From positions 37,386,001 to 37,450,000 of the forward strand of contig OZ024745.1 in assembly GCA_964016885.1 (NCBI GenBank): 64,000 nucleotides of DNA. Direction: 5' to 3'. The DNA comes from Eledone cirrhosa (taxonomy: Eukaryota). The translations under genes and the position numbers were made by a program. Positions 29,349-44,073 of the stretch are shown piece after piece (the first letter of the stretch is position 1; every line of letters begins with the position of its first letter). Below the pieces are notes generated by a model that was not told where the DNA came from, did no database searches, and was given only the letters and a program-made list of their open reading frames with translations.

Positions 29349-29994
29349 GTAAAAGCACATATCGTTATATGCTTTTTCTATGAAAATTAGTAGTGGGCAG
29401 ACTAATCTGCATAGAGTGTGAGTACGCACCGGTTCAGCGGAGACGATAAAAACAAATAACGAAACGAAATTAAATTTCGTTTCGTTTGTAACTCACTTTT
29501 GTATGACTGACGCTTAAACAATTAAGTTAAAAATGTACATCTACATATGCATACTGAAATACTAGTGTGTATATGAATACACACACGTATACATATGTAG
29601 GTGTACCAAGTCTTTCACTGGTCGCTTTACAGTGAGCGGCCCAGCTATTCTGTATGTAAACACACACCGGTTTGTCTGTGTGTTTACATACAGAATAGCT
29701 GGGCCGCTCACTGTAAAGCGACCAGTGAAAGACTTGGTACACCTACATATGTATACGTGTGTGTATTCATATACACACTAGTATTTCAGTATGCATATGT
29801 AGATGTACATTTTTAACTTAATTGTTTAAGCGTCAGTCATACAAAAGTGAGTTACAAACGAAACGAAATTTAATTTCGTTTCGTTATTTGTTTTTATCGT
29901 CTCCGCTGAACCGGTGCGTACTCACACTCTATGCAGATTAGTCTGCCCACTACTAATTTTCATAGAAAAAGCATATAACGATATGTGCTTTTAC

Positions 29995-30091
29995 AATTCT
30001 CCAGAGGGGCCGGTAGATAGGTAAATATTGCTGATGAGTTGTAACAACAACGAAACTAGTTCAATATTCCTTGTCTGGCTTTCTGGAGAAT
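29995..30091 (+). ncRNA. Type I hammerhead ribozyme motif
   Basis: AAUAUUG-CUGAUGA-GUUG(UAACAA)CAAC-GAAA-C(UA)G-UU/CAAUAUU; palindromic ACUAGU stem III; predicted cut after 30061; stem I extends to UUCUCCAGA/UCUGGAGAA. Confidence 0.9.
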
Positions 30092-30506
30092 AGGGGGAAG
30101 GTGTTCCCCCAAAAACCAGTATGACTCTAAAAACCGGTTTGTCTGTGTGTTTACATACAGAATAGCTGGGCCGCTCACTGTAAAGCGACCAGTGAAAGAC
30201 TTGGTACACCTACATATGTATACGTGTGTGTATTCATATACACACTAGTATTTCAGTATGCATATGTAGATGTACATTTTTAACTTAATTGTTTAAGCGT
30301 CAGTCATACAAAAGTGAGTTACAAACGAAACGAAATTTAATTTCGTTTCGTTATTTGTTTTTATATATATATATATATATATATAATGTGAATGAAAAAT
30401 GGCGTGCTGCGTTGTTGCGAATATGAACATATGAATAAAAATAGACCAAGAAACAAGAATGTCCTTCATCAGTAGTCTGCTAATTATCGTTGGTATTTCT
30501 TCGCAT

Positions 30507-30662
30507 TTGTTTCTGCTTTTGGCACAAGGCCAGCAATTTTCCAGTACATTACTGGTACTTTATTTTAACGACCCCATAAGGATGAAAGGCAAAGTTGACC
30601 TCGGCGGGATTTGAACTCAAACCGTAAAGGGGTGTAATTCTATGCTGCAAAGCATGGCATCC
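30507..30662 (-). mobile_element. Nin-domain-like SINE
   Basis: Family consensus motifs. Confidence 0.85.
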
Positions 30663-31498
30663 GCGAAGTCATCGAAGAGGATCATGTTCCCACTCACTCA
30701 ATGATTTAAATGAGTATCATTAAAATACGAACCAAAGGAAGGCAGAGTGTACACTCATACGTTAACTAGTGAAAAAAAACGATTTGGATAACAAAATTGA
30801 TTCTCTGGCCACGGATTAATGCACTGGTTTCTGCTACTCCATCTCCTGGCGACAATCCATATAGAACTGGCGTGCAGAGAAATTAGGTTATGCTATAAAG
30901 CATTACGTAATTGTCTAAGCGCAGCCTCATATATATTGTTATCAATTCTTTTATTTTGTTATCAATTTCAATCTCTGGAGTACTGTCCTGCTGGGTTTTA
31001 GTCAGTTACTAATTTCCTCGCATCAAATCGTTCAGTTAACTATTTTTTATAATATCAGTAAATTGTTTTCAACCGACAATCGAACATGTTTTTTTTAATC
31101 TGATGGGACGGACCGGCAGATTTTAATCCCTTTCTATTTCTATTGTTTGTTTTTATGGTTTTTTTTTTTCGATTCTATTAATTCAATTAAATTTAATTTA
31201 ATGTATTTATTATTTTGATGCACTCGCCATTTTCCTTGTTGAAATATTCATAACATATTTAAAAAGGCTATTCTACATGTTTGTTATAACAACTCGTTAA
31301 TAATAAATAACTTAATACTTTAATATAATAAATCAATAAAAAAGGCTGTATGTTTTAATCAGGGAGCAGAACGCAGAGAGCGATGTTTTGAAGATAATGA
31401 GGTTTGCGGTATGGTGGTAGAATATACCTTATACTAATTCACAATCATTTTACCTTATTGACATGTGTATGTGTGAGAGAGAGAGAGAGAGAGAGAGA

Positions 31499-31536
<38 letters not shown>

Positions 31537-31691
31537 TTAAGTTTTGTACATGCAGGTGAGATGGTGGTGGTACTTAGAAAAGATTTATTCTTATAGTGGA
31601 AAGATTGTCAGATCATAAAAGATGTTGAAGAGACGTAGCAAGTAATAAATTGGAAGCAGCATATACAGTATATATATATATGCATTAGGTA

Positions 31692-32300
<609 letters not shown>

Positions 32301-32840
32301 CAGATAAATAGAAAGATAGAAAGTACATCTAGTCAAGCAGCCGTGTGATAATGAAGGACGGACACTGTACCGGCATGATATTTGCCTAGACCCAAGGCTA
32401 CTTATCTCGCTCGACCCTGCCCCCGAGAAACGACGTGTGGCCGACACACCGACTTGCTTCTAAACCACGTGTCTAAGGTCCGTTGCTTGTCCGCAAATAA
32501 TCATTTCATAACCCGTTTCCTCTTTATACCAAAGACGTCCACTTCATTTCTCCTTTCTTTCACTGTATTCTTCTTACTATTCTGTCTCTCGTTTATATAT
32601 TCATTTATTTGTTCACACATTCTACCTCTCATTGAAATGGGTGTGTGGGAAGGTCATTCTATTATTTTACACCTCCCTCATTCACTGTATATATATATAT
32701 ACACATATATGTGTGTGTGTGTGCGTATGTGTGTGTGTTCACTTCATTAACTTTCTGGGCGCCTCCTCTCTATCTCCCTTTCTCCCCCCTCTCTCTCTCC
32801 CTCTCTCCCTCTCTCTCTCTCTGTCTCCCCCCTCTCTCTT

Positions 32841-32878
<38 letters not shown>

Positions 32879-33569
32879 TCTATCTAATTATCACTTTCTA
32901 ACACGCCGCATGCAGTCACACATTCATGCACACACACACACATACAGCACACACTCATCCTTAACTCTATCTCTCTTATCTTCAACTATGATTTAACTTC
33001 GATAAGGGTCACTGTTAAACCTTCGTTGTTCTGTCTTGATTTATTGGTTCGGCAAGTGAAGGATTATCTACCCGGGTCCCCCTAATCTACCAGAGCACGT
33101 GACCCCTCTTTTTTTTTTTTACACAGATGTTTATCCACTGCTTTCAGTTTCTTTCTTTCTTACCATTAACAAGGGCCATGTGCTATAGAAAAAGCCAATA
33201 TTATGATAGGGGCCTCCAACAACTGTCATCGCTGTTTTGTCAGTTTGATTTACCACATCGATATTACTTTAACTCTTAACATCCTGTAGAACATGAAACC
33301 ACATAAGCAAGACATTCTTAAAAAGTACAAAACAGTACTGTGGCTGCAACACATTAAAAAATAAAAACTTTATTCTAATACTACACCTTTCCAAAATGAT
33401 TTCTAAAGATACTATGAGCACACCTACTAAGTAAACGTACTATAAACATTTGAATAACAAAAAACTGTCATTAGTTTTTTTTCTTAAAAGATGTTATAAT
33501 TAAATACCATATTTTACGTTAACATCTTATAATGGAATAGCGAAGTCAAAAGATATTGTATCATTAAAT

Positions 33570-33755
33570 AATTGTTTCTACTTTTGGCACAAGGCCAGCA
33601 AAATACCCAGTGCATTACTGGTACTTTATTTTATCGACCCCGGAAGGATGAAAGGCAAAGTTAACCTCAGCGGGATTTGAACTCGGACCACAAAGGGCCG
33701 TAACTCTTTTCTGCAAAGCATGGCGTCAGACCCTCTACCGATACTGCCATTCCAT
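33570..33755 (-). mobile_element. Nin-domain-like SINE
   Basis: Well-preserved family copy. Confidence 0.88.
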
Positions 33756-33957
33756 TAAATAATAAATGAAAAAGTATCTATTATATTGTCATTAAACTGC
33801 ATTTTCAATTATAATACAAAATAGACATGTAGTATTATGAGGTTCGTACAGATAGCAAAAGAGTTCAATCATATTAATGTTAGAACCAATGTTGACTTCT
33901 TAATTACATATATATGATTACCTAAGTTACATAGAAATGATCTAAATACACACACAT

Positions 33958-34014
<57 letters not shown>

Positions 34015-34047
34015 TATATATATGCATATATATATATATATATATGC

Positions 34048-34120
<73 letters not shown>

Positions 34121-34147
34121 TGTATATATATATATATATATGTATGT

Positions 34148-34785
34148 CAGGTCACCAGTTGGTGCTACTGGTAACATGTATCCCAGTACAACCTGTCTCA
34201 TGGTCGGGTCGTTGGCGACTAAACTGGCAACCCCACCAAGGTTTCTTGGTGAGGAGGGTGACTTTGGACATCCTGCAGGACTAAAAACAAAACCTGTCAA
34301 AGGGCAAAGGAGCTCTTAAGAGTCAATGGCCATCCAAAATCACCGGGAGAGATGACCCCTTTAGCCTTAGTCAAGGCAGAATTCTAGGAGAAGGAAAACT
34401 CTGATATAACACCTGCAACCCTGATGGTATCCAATGATGTTGACTTGTTCTTCTTTTTGGTAAATAGCATCTTGGTTAAGAGAGTGGGACTGGCTTTGTG
34501 CAGTGCCTTTGCTCACTATAAAAGCTTCACGGCACAGGCATTGCTTTATATCTGGAGATCTCTCTGCACTTGTCCTCACATGGGCCCAGCACTATGTGTC
34601 AATAATTGTCCTACCATGGGCCTAGCACTATGTGTCAATAATTGTCACAGGTGTAGTGTTTGTACCAGAGGTTTCAAGTCGCTGGCTGGACTAAAAAGTC
34701 ACACTCGTTCAGCGCTTCGGTAGGGGTTATCCTACATGGATGTAAAGTAGTGGCCGTACTCGAAAACGAGTTGGCAGCCACCATA
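34148..34785 (+). mobile_element. Non-autonomous RTE-derived element
   Basis: First ~280 bp nearly identical to 9477-9752(-); GGAGAAGGAAAACTCTGA; terminal C2H2 remnant CSVCTRGFKSLAGLKSHTR; 3' hairpin CTCGAAAACGAG. Confidence 0.8.
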
Positions 34786-35129
34786 TATGTATGTATATAT
34801 ATATTCAGAAACGAAATATATATATATATATATATATATCCAGGCATAACAATAATATATATATTGTTATATTTGAAGATGGTCATGTTGCCAATATTGT
34901 CTATATTATATTATTTATTTACGTTCATACACAGAACAAACAGCTCTACATTAGGATTCAAGGACCTGGTATAGCCATCTACTCAGATTGTGCAACATTC
35001 TTGCTATTCAAAAGATGAGTACTTACACAAGGGGCGATGAAAATTATATTACAACCTAGCCACCGTAAAGATGGCCGGTCAAAAGTAAACTCAAAATTAA
35101 GAGTAAGAGAAGAAAACACACATACATAC

Positions 35130-35692
35130 ATGATGGCTGCCCCCTCGTTATCGAGTATGGCCATTGGACGATATACCATTATTAATAATTATTAATTAAT
35201 TCTATCGTGCAATGCCAGTGCGTGAAGATATTTTTTTAAGTGAGGAAAGACTGCACTGAGCCAATCCCACTCTCTGAGCGACATTAGCTATAACCCGAAA
35301 AGAAGAACAGATCAACATCATCGGTATCTACTGAGCCGCAGGTTTTATATCGGAGTCATCCCAGTTTCCTGAGTTGCCTTCTCCTAGAAGAATGCCCTGA
35401 CAAAGGCTAGGGGTCCTTCACTCCCAGTGGTTTAACCGCGCAATCGCGTGTCCAGCCCGACTATTTCTATGTCCCCGCGCATATACATACACATATACAT
35501 ACATATGTACATGTGTATATACATATTTACGCACCTATGAGTTCTTCCGCCCTTTGTCAGGTTTTGTTTTTTTCCTGCAGGGTGTCCAATATCACCCTCC
35601 TCACCAAGTAAACTTGGTGGGGTTGTCGGTTTAGTCGCCGACGACACGACCATGCGATAGGTTGTACTGGGTTAAATGTTACCAGTAGCACT
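35130..35692 (-). mobile_element. Older copy of the same RTE-derived element
   Basis: Homologous head, middle and CTCGATAACGAG 3' hairpin; interrupted by (CATA)n. Confidence 0.75.
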
Positions 35693-37410
35693 CAAGAGTG
35701 CATACATACATAATACATATATACATACACACATACATACATACATACATTGTTATGATACGTTGTTTGTGTCGCAGTGGTGATATAGACATGTCAAATG
35801 TACAATAGGACCGGAGATAAAAAAGGAAGTTATTGAGCACTACAAATAGGAAGTAAAACGGATGCAAATATAGCTATCGTCTGGACGTCATTACGATTTA
35901 AACATCGAAACAATGATATCGTTAATTCCAGTAGTACTAACAGCTTATTAGATTGTTTCCTTTGTAGCAACTTTGCATAGCTATTTATATCACTTGAGAT
36001 AGTAATACAAACGTTTGGGAGCCAAAATCGCAACGATTTAGGCCTGTTTTGTGTTGTTTTCGTTGTTTCCGATGTTAACTCTTAACATCCTATAATGATG
36101 TCGCAGAAAATGTCAAAAAATATATTTGATAATTTCAATTTTTTCGTATCTTTACGAGTGAACACATCATTGTGAAAATTTGCAGTATTAAACTAAAGAC
36201 TTTTTTATGTGATTTCATGTAGTAAGACTTTAAGAGTTGATGTTCTTAATCTTTCTTTCCAATTTACAATTTTTGCACACATAAATACACACGCCCCAGC
36301 GCGCACACACATACACAAAACAAATATACATTTTTAAACACGAGTTTAATATGGATATTCTATTATATATATAAATGTGTGTGTGTTCCAGTTATTTTTA
36401 GATATAATTGCATACTTACTTACGTACATATAAACATACAAGGATACATATATATTTTGCCCATTGTAGAACCTAATAATATGACAATTGAAATCTTTAG
36501 TATTAGAAAATCTGTATATTTGTTGAATATTGCTTACGGAAGTCATAGAAAATTTAACTATTTCTAAGTCTATTTCTAGCTTTAACATTCGCTAGGTATA
36601 TATGATGTTGTAATCGCCAGCTGTGATGTGATACATTCTTCCCTATCTTTTAAAAGATCGATTTCTCTCAGTATATTCTTATTTTAGCAACAGCAATACA
36701 TTTTAAAAATTAATTCCTTACGCTAAAATATTCTGCACGAACATGGCAGCCATGATCTAAAAAATAATTTATCGAGAACAATTTCACGCCGTCTTGGCTC
36801 ATTACTTCTAAAATACGTGTACACACCTACGCACACACTCTCACACACAAATATATGCATACACACACACGTACGCACCCACTACCAAACACACATATAT
36901 ATTATTGTTGTTGGACCTCGGTTGTTGAGTTTTCCAGAATTGCTCGATCTACGAAACAGTCTGCTCATGAAATTAACATGCAAGTGACTGAGCATTCGAT
37001 AGACATACATATCCTTAACTTAGTTCTCAAGAAGATACAGCGTGACATGATGTATAACATTACTGGCCTTTTGAAGTAGAATGGAGCAACGCGAAGCGAA
37101 GTGTCTTGCTCAATGAAACAACCCGCCACCGGGAATCGAACTCATGACTTTAGTATCATGAGCCGAAAACAACCTTAACCACTAAACCATGACCCATTTG
37201 AAACGTATAAAATATATACAATGGTTATAAGGAAGGGAAGAAAACATTTAACAAATATTAAGTCGCTGTACTACATGCTTATTTTCATATCAAAGTGTGT
37301 GCGACTTATTTGAAACCCACGGTGCCAGTAAACGCATTACAGTTGTTATGCCGTTTTTTAGTCTTCAAATCCCGTGGATTTTAGTCTTCAAATTTATTAT
37401 TATTACTATG

Positions 37411-37500
<90 letters not shown>

Positions 37501-37503
<3 letters not shown>

Positions 37504-37577
37504 CGTTATCATTACCACCACAAGTGAACAAATCCATCAACAGCCCATTACCAAGCAAACTTTATTCAACAAACCCG

Positions 37578-37656
<79 letters not shown>

Positions 37657-37763
37657 TATATATATATATATATATTTATAGCGGGTTTGTTGACCCGCTA
37701 TAAAGTTTGCTTGGTAATGGGCTGTTGATGGATTTGTTCACTTGTGGTGGTAATGATAACGTA
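37501..37763. repeat. Inverted repeat of about 80 bp flanking a (TA)n tract
   Basis: 37501-37580 is the reverse complement of 37678-37763 apart from a short indel. Confidence 0.85.
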
Positions 37764-38406
37764 CGCAAGTGATGAGTGAATAGTTGCAAATAAGTAAGTG
37801 AAGTGTCTCGGTGAATCGAGAGAAGTTTTGTCATGTTAGAAGAGACAAGAAGTTGTACTCGCTTGTTGGAATGTGAAGTGATATTACCGTGGGAAGATGA
37901 CTTTTCCAAACGGATAAGAATTAACAAATGAACAAGACACCGTTAATTTTAACGTTTTTATTTGAAACATGATTTACTTAGAAATTTTGACCAGTAATGA
38001 CCAACGAAAAAAGATGCACGTATAGAGTGTGTTAATTCTAGGAAAGTAGAATTTCAAAATAGTAAAATTTACTAATCTAGTAGCAATCTCAGCTAGTGTC
38101 AATATCAGCAGAGCTTGTTAAAAAGTGTGTGTGTCTGTGTGTGTGCGTGGCTACATTGCGAGGTTGACCAAACAAGCTGTCTGTTTCAGAGTCGAAAATC
38201 AGACTATCTAGTAGGGATAGGGTCGAAAAAAAAAATGCTTTAAACAAGCATTAGGTTGCCCAGAAACATTAAACAGATGGTGCTGCGAGCCTCATACAAG
38301 AAAACATTATCTAAGTTTGGGACTCTGAGGTCGTAGATCAGTTTTTGAATATGCCGATGTTTTGGTATATATATATATAAGCACATATATATATATCTGT
38401 GTATGA

Positions 38407-38482
<76 letters not shown>

Positions 38483-38486
38483 GCGC

Positions 38487-38562
<76 letters not shown>

Positions 38563-38722
38563 AAACATGTATACACAAATAAATAATATAGAGCACAATA
38601 AAGTAATACATAAATAACCATCTAGCTAGCAAGAAAGAAAGTAAGAAAGAAAGACAGAAAGTCAAAAAGAACGAAAGAAAGACAGAAAGTCAAAAAGAAC
38701 GAAAGAAAGAAAGAAAGAAAAA

Positions 38723-38758
<36 letters not shown>

Positions 38759-39209
38759 TTAGATAGATAGAAGCCATATTAAAGCGGTCCAACAAATATA
38801 CCGCTCAAAACTACATCTATCTAATATGATTAATCTTTACAGCAGTGTAACATTTTAATAAATATATAGGAACGTCATTACTCTCTCCCACCACCTTCGA
38901 CTATTCGGTTGAACAAGCTGGTTGATGGGGTCACAGGAAGTTATAGGAATTACTTAAGAACTGACAATCTCACTTCCTCCAAAGAAGATGATGAAGAGCT
39001 TCTCCATGACTTATAAACAAGACCAATAAAAATGAATTTAATAATATTAGGAGTAAATGAACAAAAGCAAAATATAACAATAGACATCTTTTCGTCTACA
39101 TATAATTATGATTTATAACGGCTACAAATATACCAACCCACCATTTCTACACACACATAGACACATATACATACACAAACTCAGACAGACAAACGTACAC
39201 ATACACACA

Positions 39210-39682
<473 letters not shown>

Positions 39683-39874
39683 GCGAATGTATATTTATTC
39701 CGGCCGTTTCTATAATTACTATATAACTTGAATAGATTGAACAAAGAATTGCGTCTTTTAAACAAACTAGAAGGCTTGGCTAGGTTCGGGAGGTTGTGAA
39801 GTAAAATGGAATGCAAGTTTTATAGTTGAAAAGTTATAACCTACACATAGTAATTTTAGTAAAGATATGTATAT

Positions 39875-40068
39875 AACGAAGGTGGTGTGGTAATGCACCA
39901 GATGGACCATAACGCACCAGAGTACTCAATACTTAGGGTAGTAGAGTGGGTAATAGTAAAATGTAAGACCTCGACGGCAGAGCTCAAGCCGTTTCGACGG
40001 CTATTTCTGAACACTCCAGAAATAGCCGTCAAAACGGCTTGAGCTCTGCCGTCGGGGTCATACATTTT

Positions 40069-40071
<3 letters not shown>
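39875..40071. mobile_element. About 195-bp hairpin element (family F) next to TA
   Basis: Palindrome about 39953-40073 containing GAAACGGCTTGAGCTCTGCCGTC; same family as 43875, 49391 and 55501. Confidence 0.88.
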
Positions 40072-40120
<49 letters not shown>

Positions 40121-40275
40121 TGCACCACTCCTTTCAGGTGAATAATTCATATTGCTCGCAAACAAATATACACTCATATACACGTATATAGTCTATACAT
40201 ATAGTCTCTCTCCCTATATATATATGTGTGTGTGTGTGTGTTTGAATATGTGCGTATGTATATATACATATATGC

Positions 40276-40322
<47 letters not shown>

Positions 40323-40364
40323 AATATGTGCGTATGTATATATACATATATGTAAAAGGAGAAA

Positions 40365-40625
40365 GACACCTTTTGGTCACAAATGACCACGAATTTGCAT
40401 CTAGAAAATTCCCCTCCGAGGCAAGTTTGTTTGTGGAAGACCACCAGTCACCCATACGTACCAGTCTCCTATCCATGCCACCGATGTTATCCAAGGCAAA
40501 GGCCATGACCGATACAGCTTGGCCCCAGTGACGTTACAACTCATTTCTACAGCTGAGTAAACTGAGACTACGCGAAATAAAGTGTCTTGCTCAAGGACAC
40601 AAAGCATCACTCGTTCCGAGCATCG
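40365..40625 (-). mobile_element. CORE-like SINE
   Basis: GAAATAAAGTGTCTTGCTCAAGGACAC; homologous to 54195-54510. Confidence 0.75.
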
Positions 40626-40628
40626 ACG

Positions 40629-40706
<78 letters not shown>

Positions 40707-40793
40707 TATTTTGCAATACACTGTATGCTTAATTAAAAGCATTTCGAAGACCTTTCGCTATTGTTTTATAGTGACAGTCTCACTTACTTTAAA

Positions 40794-40886
40794 TTTTCAG
40801 CAAACAAGGGAGATAAAGCTGGCAGAGCTCTGTTTCGTACTTTTTGGTACTTATCAAAGCTGAGTACTCCACCTGTTTGCTGAAAA
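40794..40886 (-). ncRNA. Type I HHR motif, U3-A8 core, cleavage triplet mutated (GCC)
   Basis: AGCU-UUGAUAA-GUAC(CAAAAA)GUAC-GAAAC-AGAGCUCU-GCC-AGCU. Confidence 0.7.
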
Positions 40887-41113
40887 TCATGAATGTTTGA
40901 TTCTTATAGAATTCTAGTAATAATCAGGAACTGATTATACAGAGCGGTTGCCGGTCAAGCAGAAATTGAAAATTAGAACTGGTGCTCTGAAATAGCGATA
41001 TATATATGAATGTATATATAGTGTATTTTGCAATACACTGTGTGCTTAATTACAAGCATTTCGAAGACCTTACGCTATTGTTTTAGAGTAGTGACAGTCT
41101 CACTTACTTTAAA

Positions 41114-41206
41114 TTTTCAGCAAACAGGGGAGATAAAGCTGACGGAGCTCTGTTTCGTACTTTTTGGTACTTGTCAAAGCTAAGTACTCCACCTGTTTGC
41201 TGAAAA
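41114..41206 (-). ncRNA. Type I HHR motif, U3-A8 core, best-preserved copy
   Basis: AGCU-UUGACAA-GUAC(CAAAAA)GUAC-GAAAC-AGAGCUCC-GUC/AGCU; long stem I UUUUCAGCAAACAGG(U)GGAG pairs with CUCCCCUGUUUGCUGAAAA. Confidence 0.8.
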
Positions 41207-41309
41207 TCATGAATGTTTGATTCTTATAGAATTCTGCTTGACCGGCAACCGCTCTGTATAAACAGGTCCTGATTATTACTAGAATTCTATAAGAACCAAA
41301 CATTCATCA

Positions 41310-41402
41310 TTTTCAGCAGACAGGTGGAGTACTTAGCTTTGATAAGTACCAAAAAGTTCGAAACAGGACTCTGTCAGCTTTATCTCCCCTGTTTGCTGAA
41401 AA
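41310..41402 (+). ncRNA. Type I HHR motif, U3-A8 core
   Basis: UUGAUAA at 41339-41345, GAAAC, GUC at 41373-41375; one stem II mismatch. Confidence 0.75.
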
Positions 41403-41561
41403 TTTAAAGTAAGTGAGACTGTCACTACTCTAAAACAATAGCGTAAGGTCTTCAAAATGCTTTTAATTAAGCATACAGTGTATTGAAAAATACACTATAT
41501 GTACATTCATATATATATATCGCTATTTCAGAGCACCAATTCTAATATATATATATATACA

Positions 41562-42253
41562 TTTGGAAGATCACTGATGAAGGACAAACTTTTTTCATAT
41601 GTAACCCATTTGCAACTCCGCAGCGCCCTTATTACCATATTTACACATTACTTTTCCTCTGCTGCTACCGTCTTTTTCGTTCTATGTATCTTTACCCTTT
41701 CTAGTAGTCTCTCTCTCTCTGTTAGCCTCTTCCTCACCCTTCACTCTCTCATTCTCTGTCACTACCTCTCCTCCTCCTCTTTCTTCCCGTTTGACCTGTG
41801 CGTAATTCTTTTCTCTCGCACGCTCGGCCAAGCTGGTCGGAATTTTTTCTCTCTCTCGTCTACGATTTCACAGAACTTATGTTTACCGAATTCGCAGACC
41901 AGACCCCTTCTTCCTCCCGTTAGACATGTGCGAAATTCCTTCCTTGCTCACATTTCAACCAGGTTTGATGGTCTTTATTCTCTCGTTCACGATTTCACCA
42001 AATTTAAATTCATAGAAATTTGGGACTTGTCTCCTTCTTCCTCACTTTCTGTTGCTTCACCATTTTGTTTGTTTACACTCGCGTCCCCTTTATTTACGTG
42101 TCCCAACGCCTTTTTTTAGCCGTTGCTCGCACCAACCGGAGGTATATGGTCTTTAAAGCGATGAAATGCCTATGATAGTTGGAAGATCACTGATGAAGGA
42201 CAAACTTTTTTCATATGTAACCCATTTGCAACTCCGCGGCGCCCTTATTATCA

Positions 42254-42259
<6 letters not shown>
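41562..42259 (+). mobile_element. (TA)n-embedded non-coding element with about 80-bp terminal direct repeats
   Basis: TTGGAAGATCACTGATGAAGGAC...CATATTTA at 41563 and 42179; homologous to the 18289-18940 family. Confidence 0.75.
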
Positions 42260-42328
<69 letters not shown>

Positions 42329-42380
42329 TAGTGAAAGAGAGAGAAATATAACCTGTCATGTCTCATCGATTCGTTTGGCT

Positions 42381-42428
<48 letters not shown>

Positions 42429-42445
42429 TTGGTGCTCTGAAATAG

Positions 42446-42499
<54 letters not shown>

Positions 42500-42551
42500 T
42501 TGTATCTCGTTAGCTTGGCCACTGCCGAAGCTTCGATTTTAATAAACTTCC

Positions 42552-42582
<31 letters not shown>

Positions 42583-42870
42583 GATTTTTATTCATTTATT
42601 CTTTTACCTCCCACCCTTCTCTTTTTCTGGAAGAAATCGGTTGTGCTCATATATGTTGAAAGCTGGGCGCCACCAAGTTTCAAATGGTCATGACACGCTG
42701 TGTATGTGACCGCATCCCTACGACTCCACCAAATTACTGTGTTTCGTATGTTCGATTAGAACAATAGATTATTGAATACATTGCCATATAACACTTAGAA
42801 CAATGAGGTAGAGTTCTTCAATATTTGACAGCTTATGAGAGAGAGAGAGAGGGAGAGAGAGAGAGGGAGA

Positions 42871-42913
<43 letters not shown>

Positions 42914-43676
42914 GGTTAACCATTTTCTTTTTTCAAACACATGCTGCAGGTCTTGTTAGCTGAATATAATGAAAACATTATATTAGAGATATATTTATGA
43001 TATATTAATAAACGAGAATATATAATACCTTATACAACGGAGTATAACATCTTGTCAATTCAATCTAATTTAATGTGGTTAACACTGCAGGTTATTTGCA
43101 TCTAAAGCTGCTATTCCATTCATTATTTACACAGCCTCTCGAAAAGGTTTGTTTACAATAACGAATCAGGGTTATATACAAGTTTAGCTTTAGATATCAT
43201 ATATATAATGACGAGTTATTTTTGTTGAATTCGCTAGCTATCAATATAAATGTATAAAATGGTGCATTTGAGATCAAATTCTCGTTTGGAAGGGTGAGGT
43301 AGTAAAGGTTTTAGTTCTAGTTCCTGTACTCTTGTCTTATTTTATTATTAATGGTGTTGATTGATGCAATGTCGGAAAGAACTGACATGAATTGTGAAGT
43401 TTCAGGTGTACACCTGCTTAGAACTTCATCACTCGTAATAAAAAGTCATGCTGCCGTTCGCTCTTTCTATTTATTTCAATAGCTAAATCTATCTGTAATC
43501 CGGATATAATTATCATAATAAATATATACATATATGTGAGTGGATGGATGCGTCTGTGTGTGTATTATGTATATATATATATATATATATATATAAATAC
43601 TGAGCTAAGTGAAATGGCTTATGACATGAATTTAGATAAATATGATAGGTGATACATTTATCTCAATATATTCTTG

Positions 43677-43749
<73 letters not shown>

Positions 43750-43832
43750 GTGTATATGTATACACGCATACACACACACGCACAAATATATATATATTGT
43801 AAAAGACTATTTTGAGTTTCTAACTCAATCTA

Positions 43833-43874
<42 letters not shown>

Positions 43875-43876
<2 letters not shown>

Positions 43877-44073
43877 CGAAGGAAATGTGGTAAAGAACCA
43901 GGTGGACCATAACGCACCAAAGTACTCAATACTTAGGGTAGTAGAGTGGGTAATAGGAACGAGTAGGACCCCGACGGCTGAGCTCAAGCCGTTACGACGG
44001 CTAATTCTGGACTGAGTCCAGAATTAACCGTCGAAACGGCTTGAGCTCAGCCGTCGGGGTCCTACTCGTTCCT
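43875..44073. mobile_element. Family F hairpin element in (TA)n
   Basis: Palindrome about 43953-44074. Confidence 0.88.

Larger units (their letters stand above)
29053..30362. mobile_element. Retrozyme-like fold-back insertion of a 467-bp tandem monomer
   Basis: Period 467 (AATTAAGTTAAAAATG at 29053 and 29520); strand switch at about 29667/29668; arms appear identical; (TA)n on both flanks. Confidence 0.92.
40702..41547. mobile_element. Retrozyme-like fold-back insertion of a 320-bp tandem monomer
   Basis: Left arm has about 1.7 tandem units (GTGTATTTTGC at 40704 and 41021); inversion at about 41235; right arm about 1 unit; (TA)n on both flanks; extra 28-bp scrap at 42422-42449. Confidence 0.9.

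Noticed and set aside
29134-30209. Four ORFs starting MYQVFHWSLYSERPSY
   Set aside because: Copies arise from the tandem and inverted repeat; antisense to the ribozyme strand, GTG start, no recognisable domain
32330-32500. GC-richer island as an exon
   Set aside because: No recognisable protein motif or convincing splice-site pair
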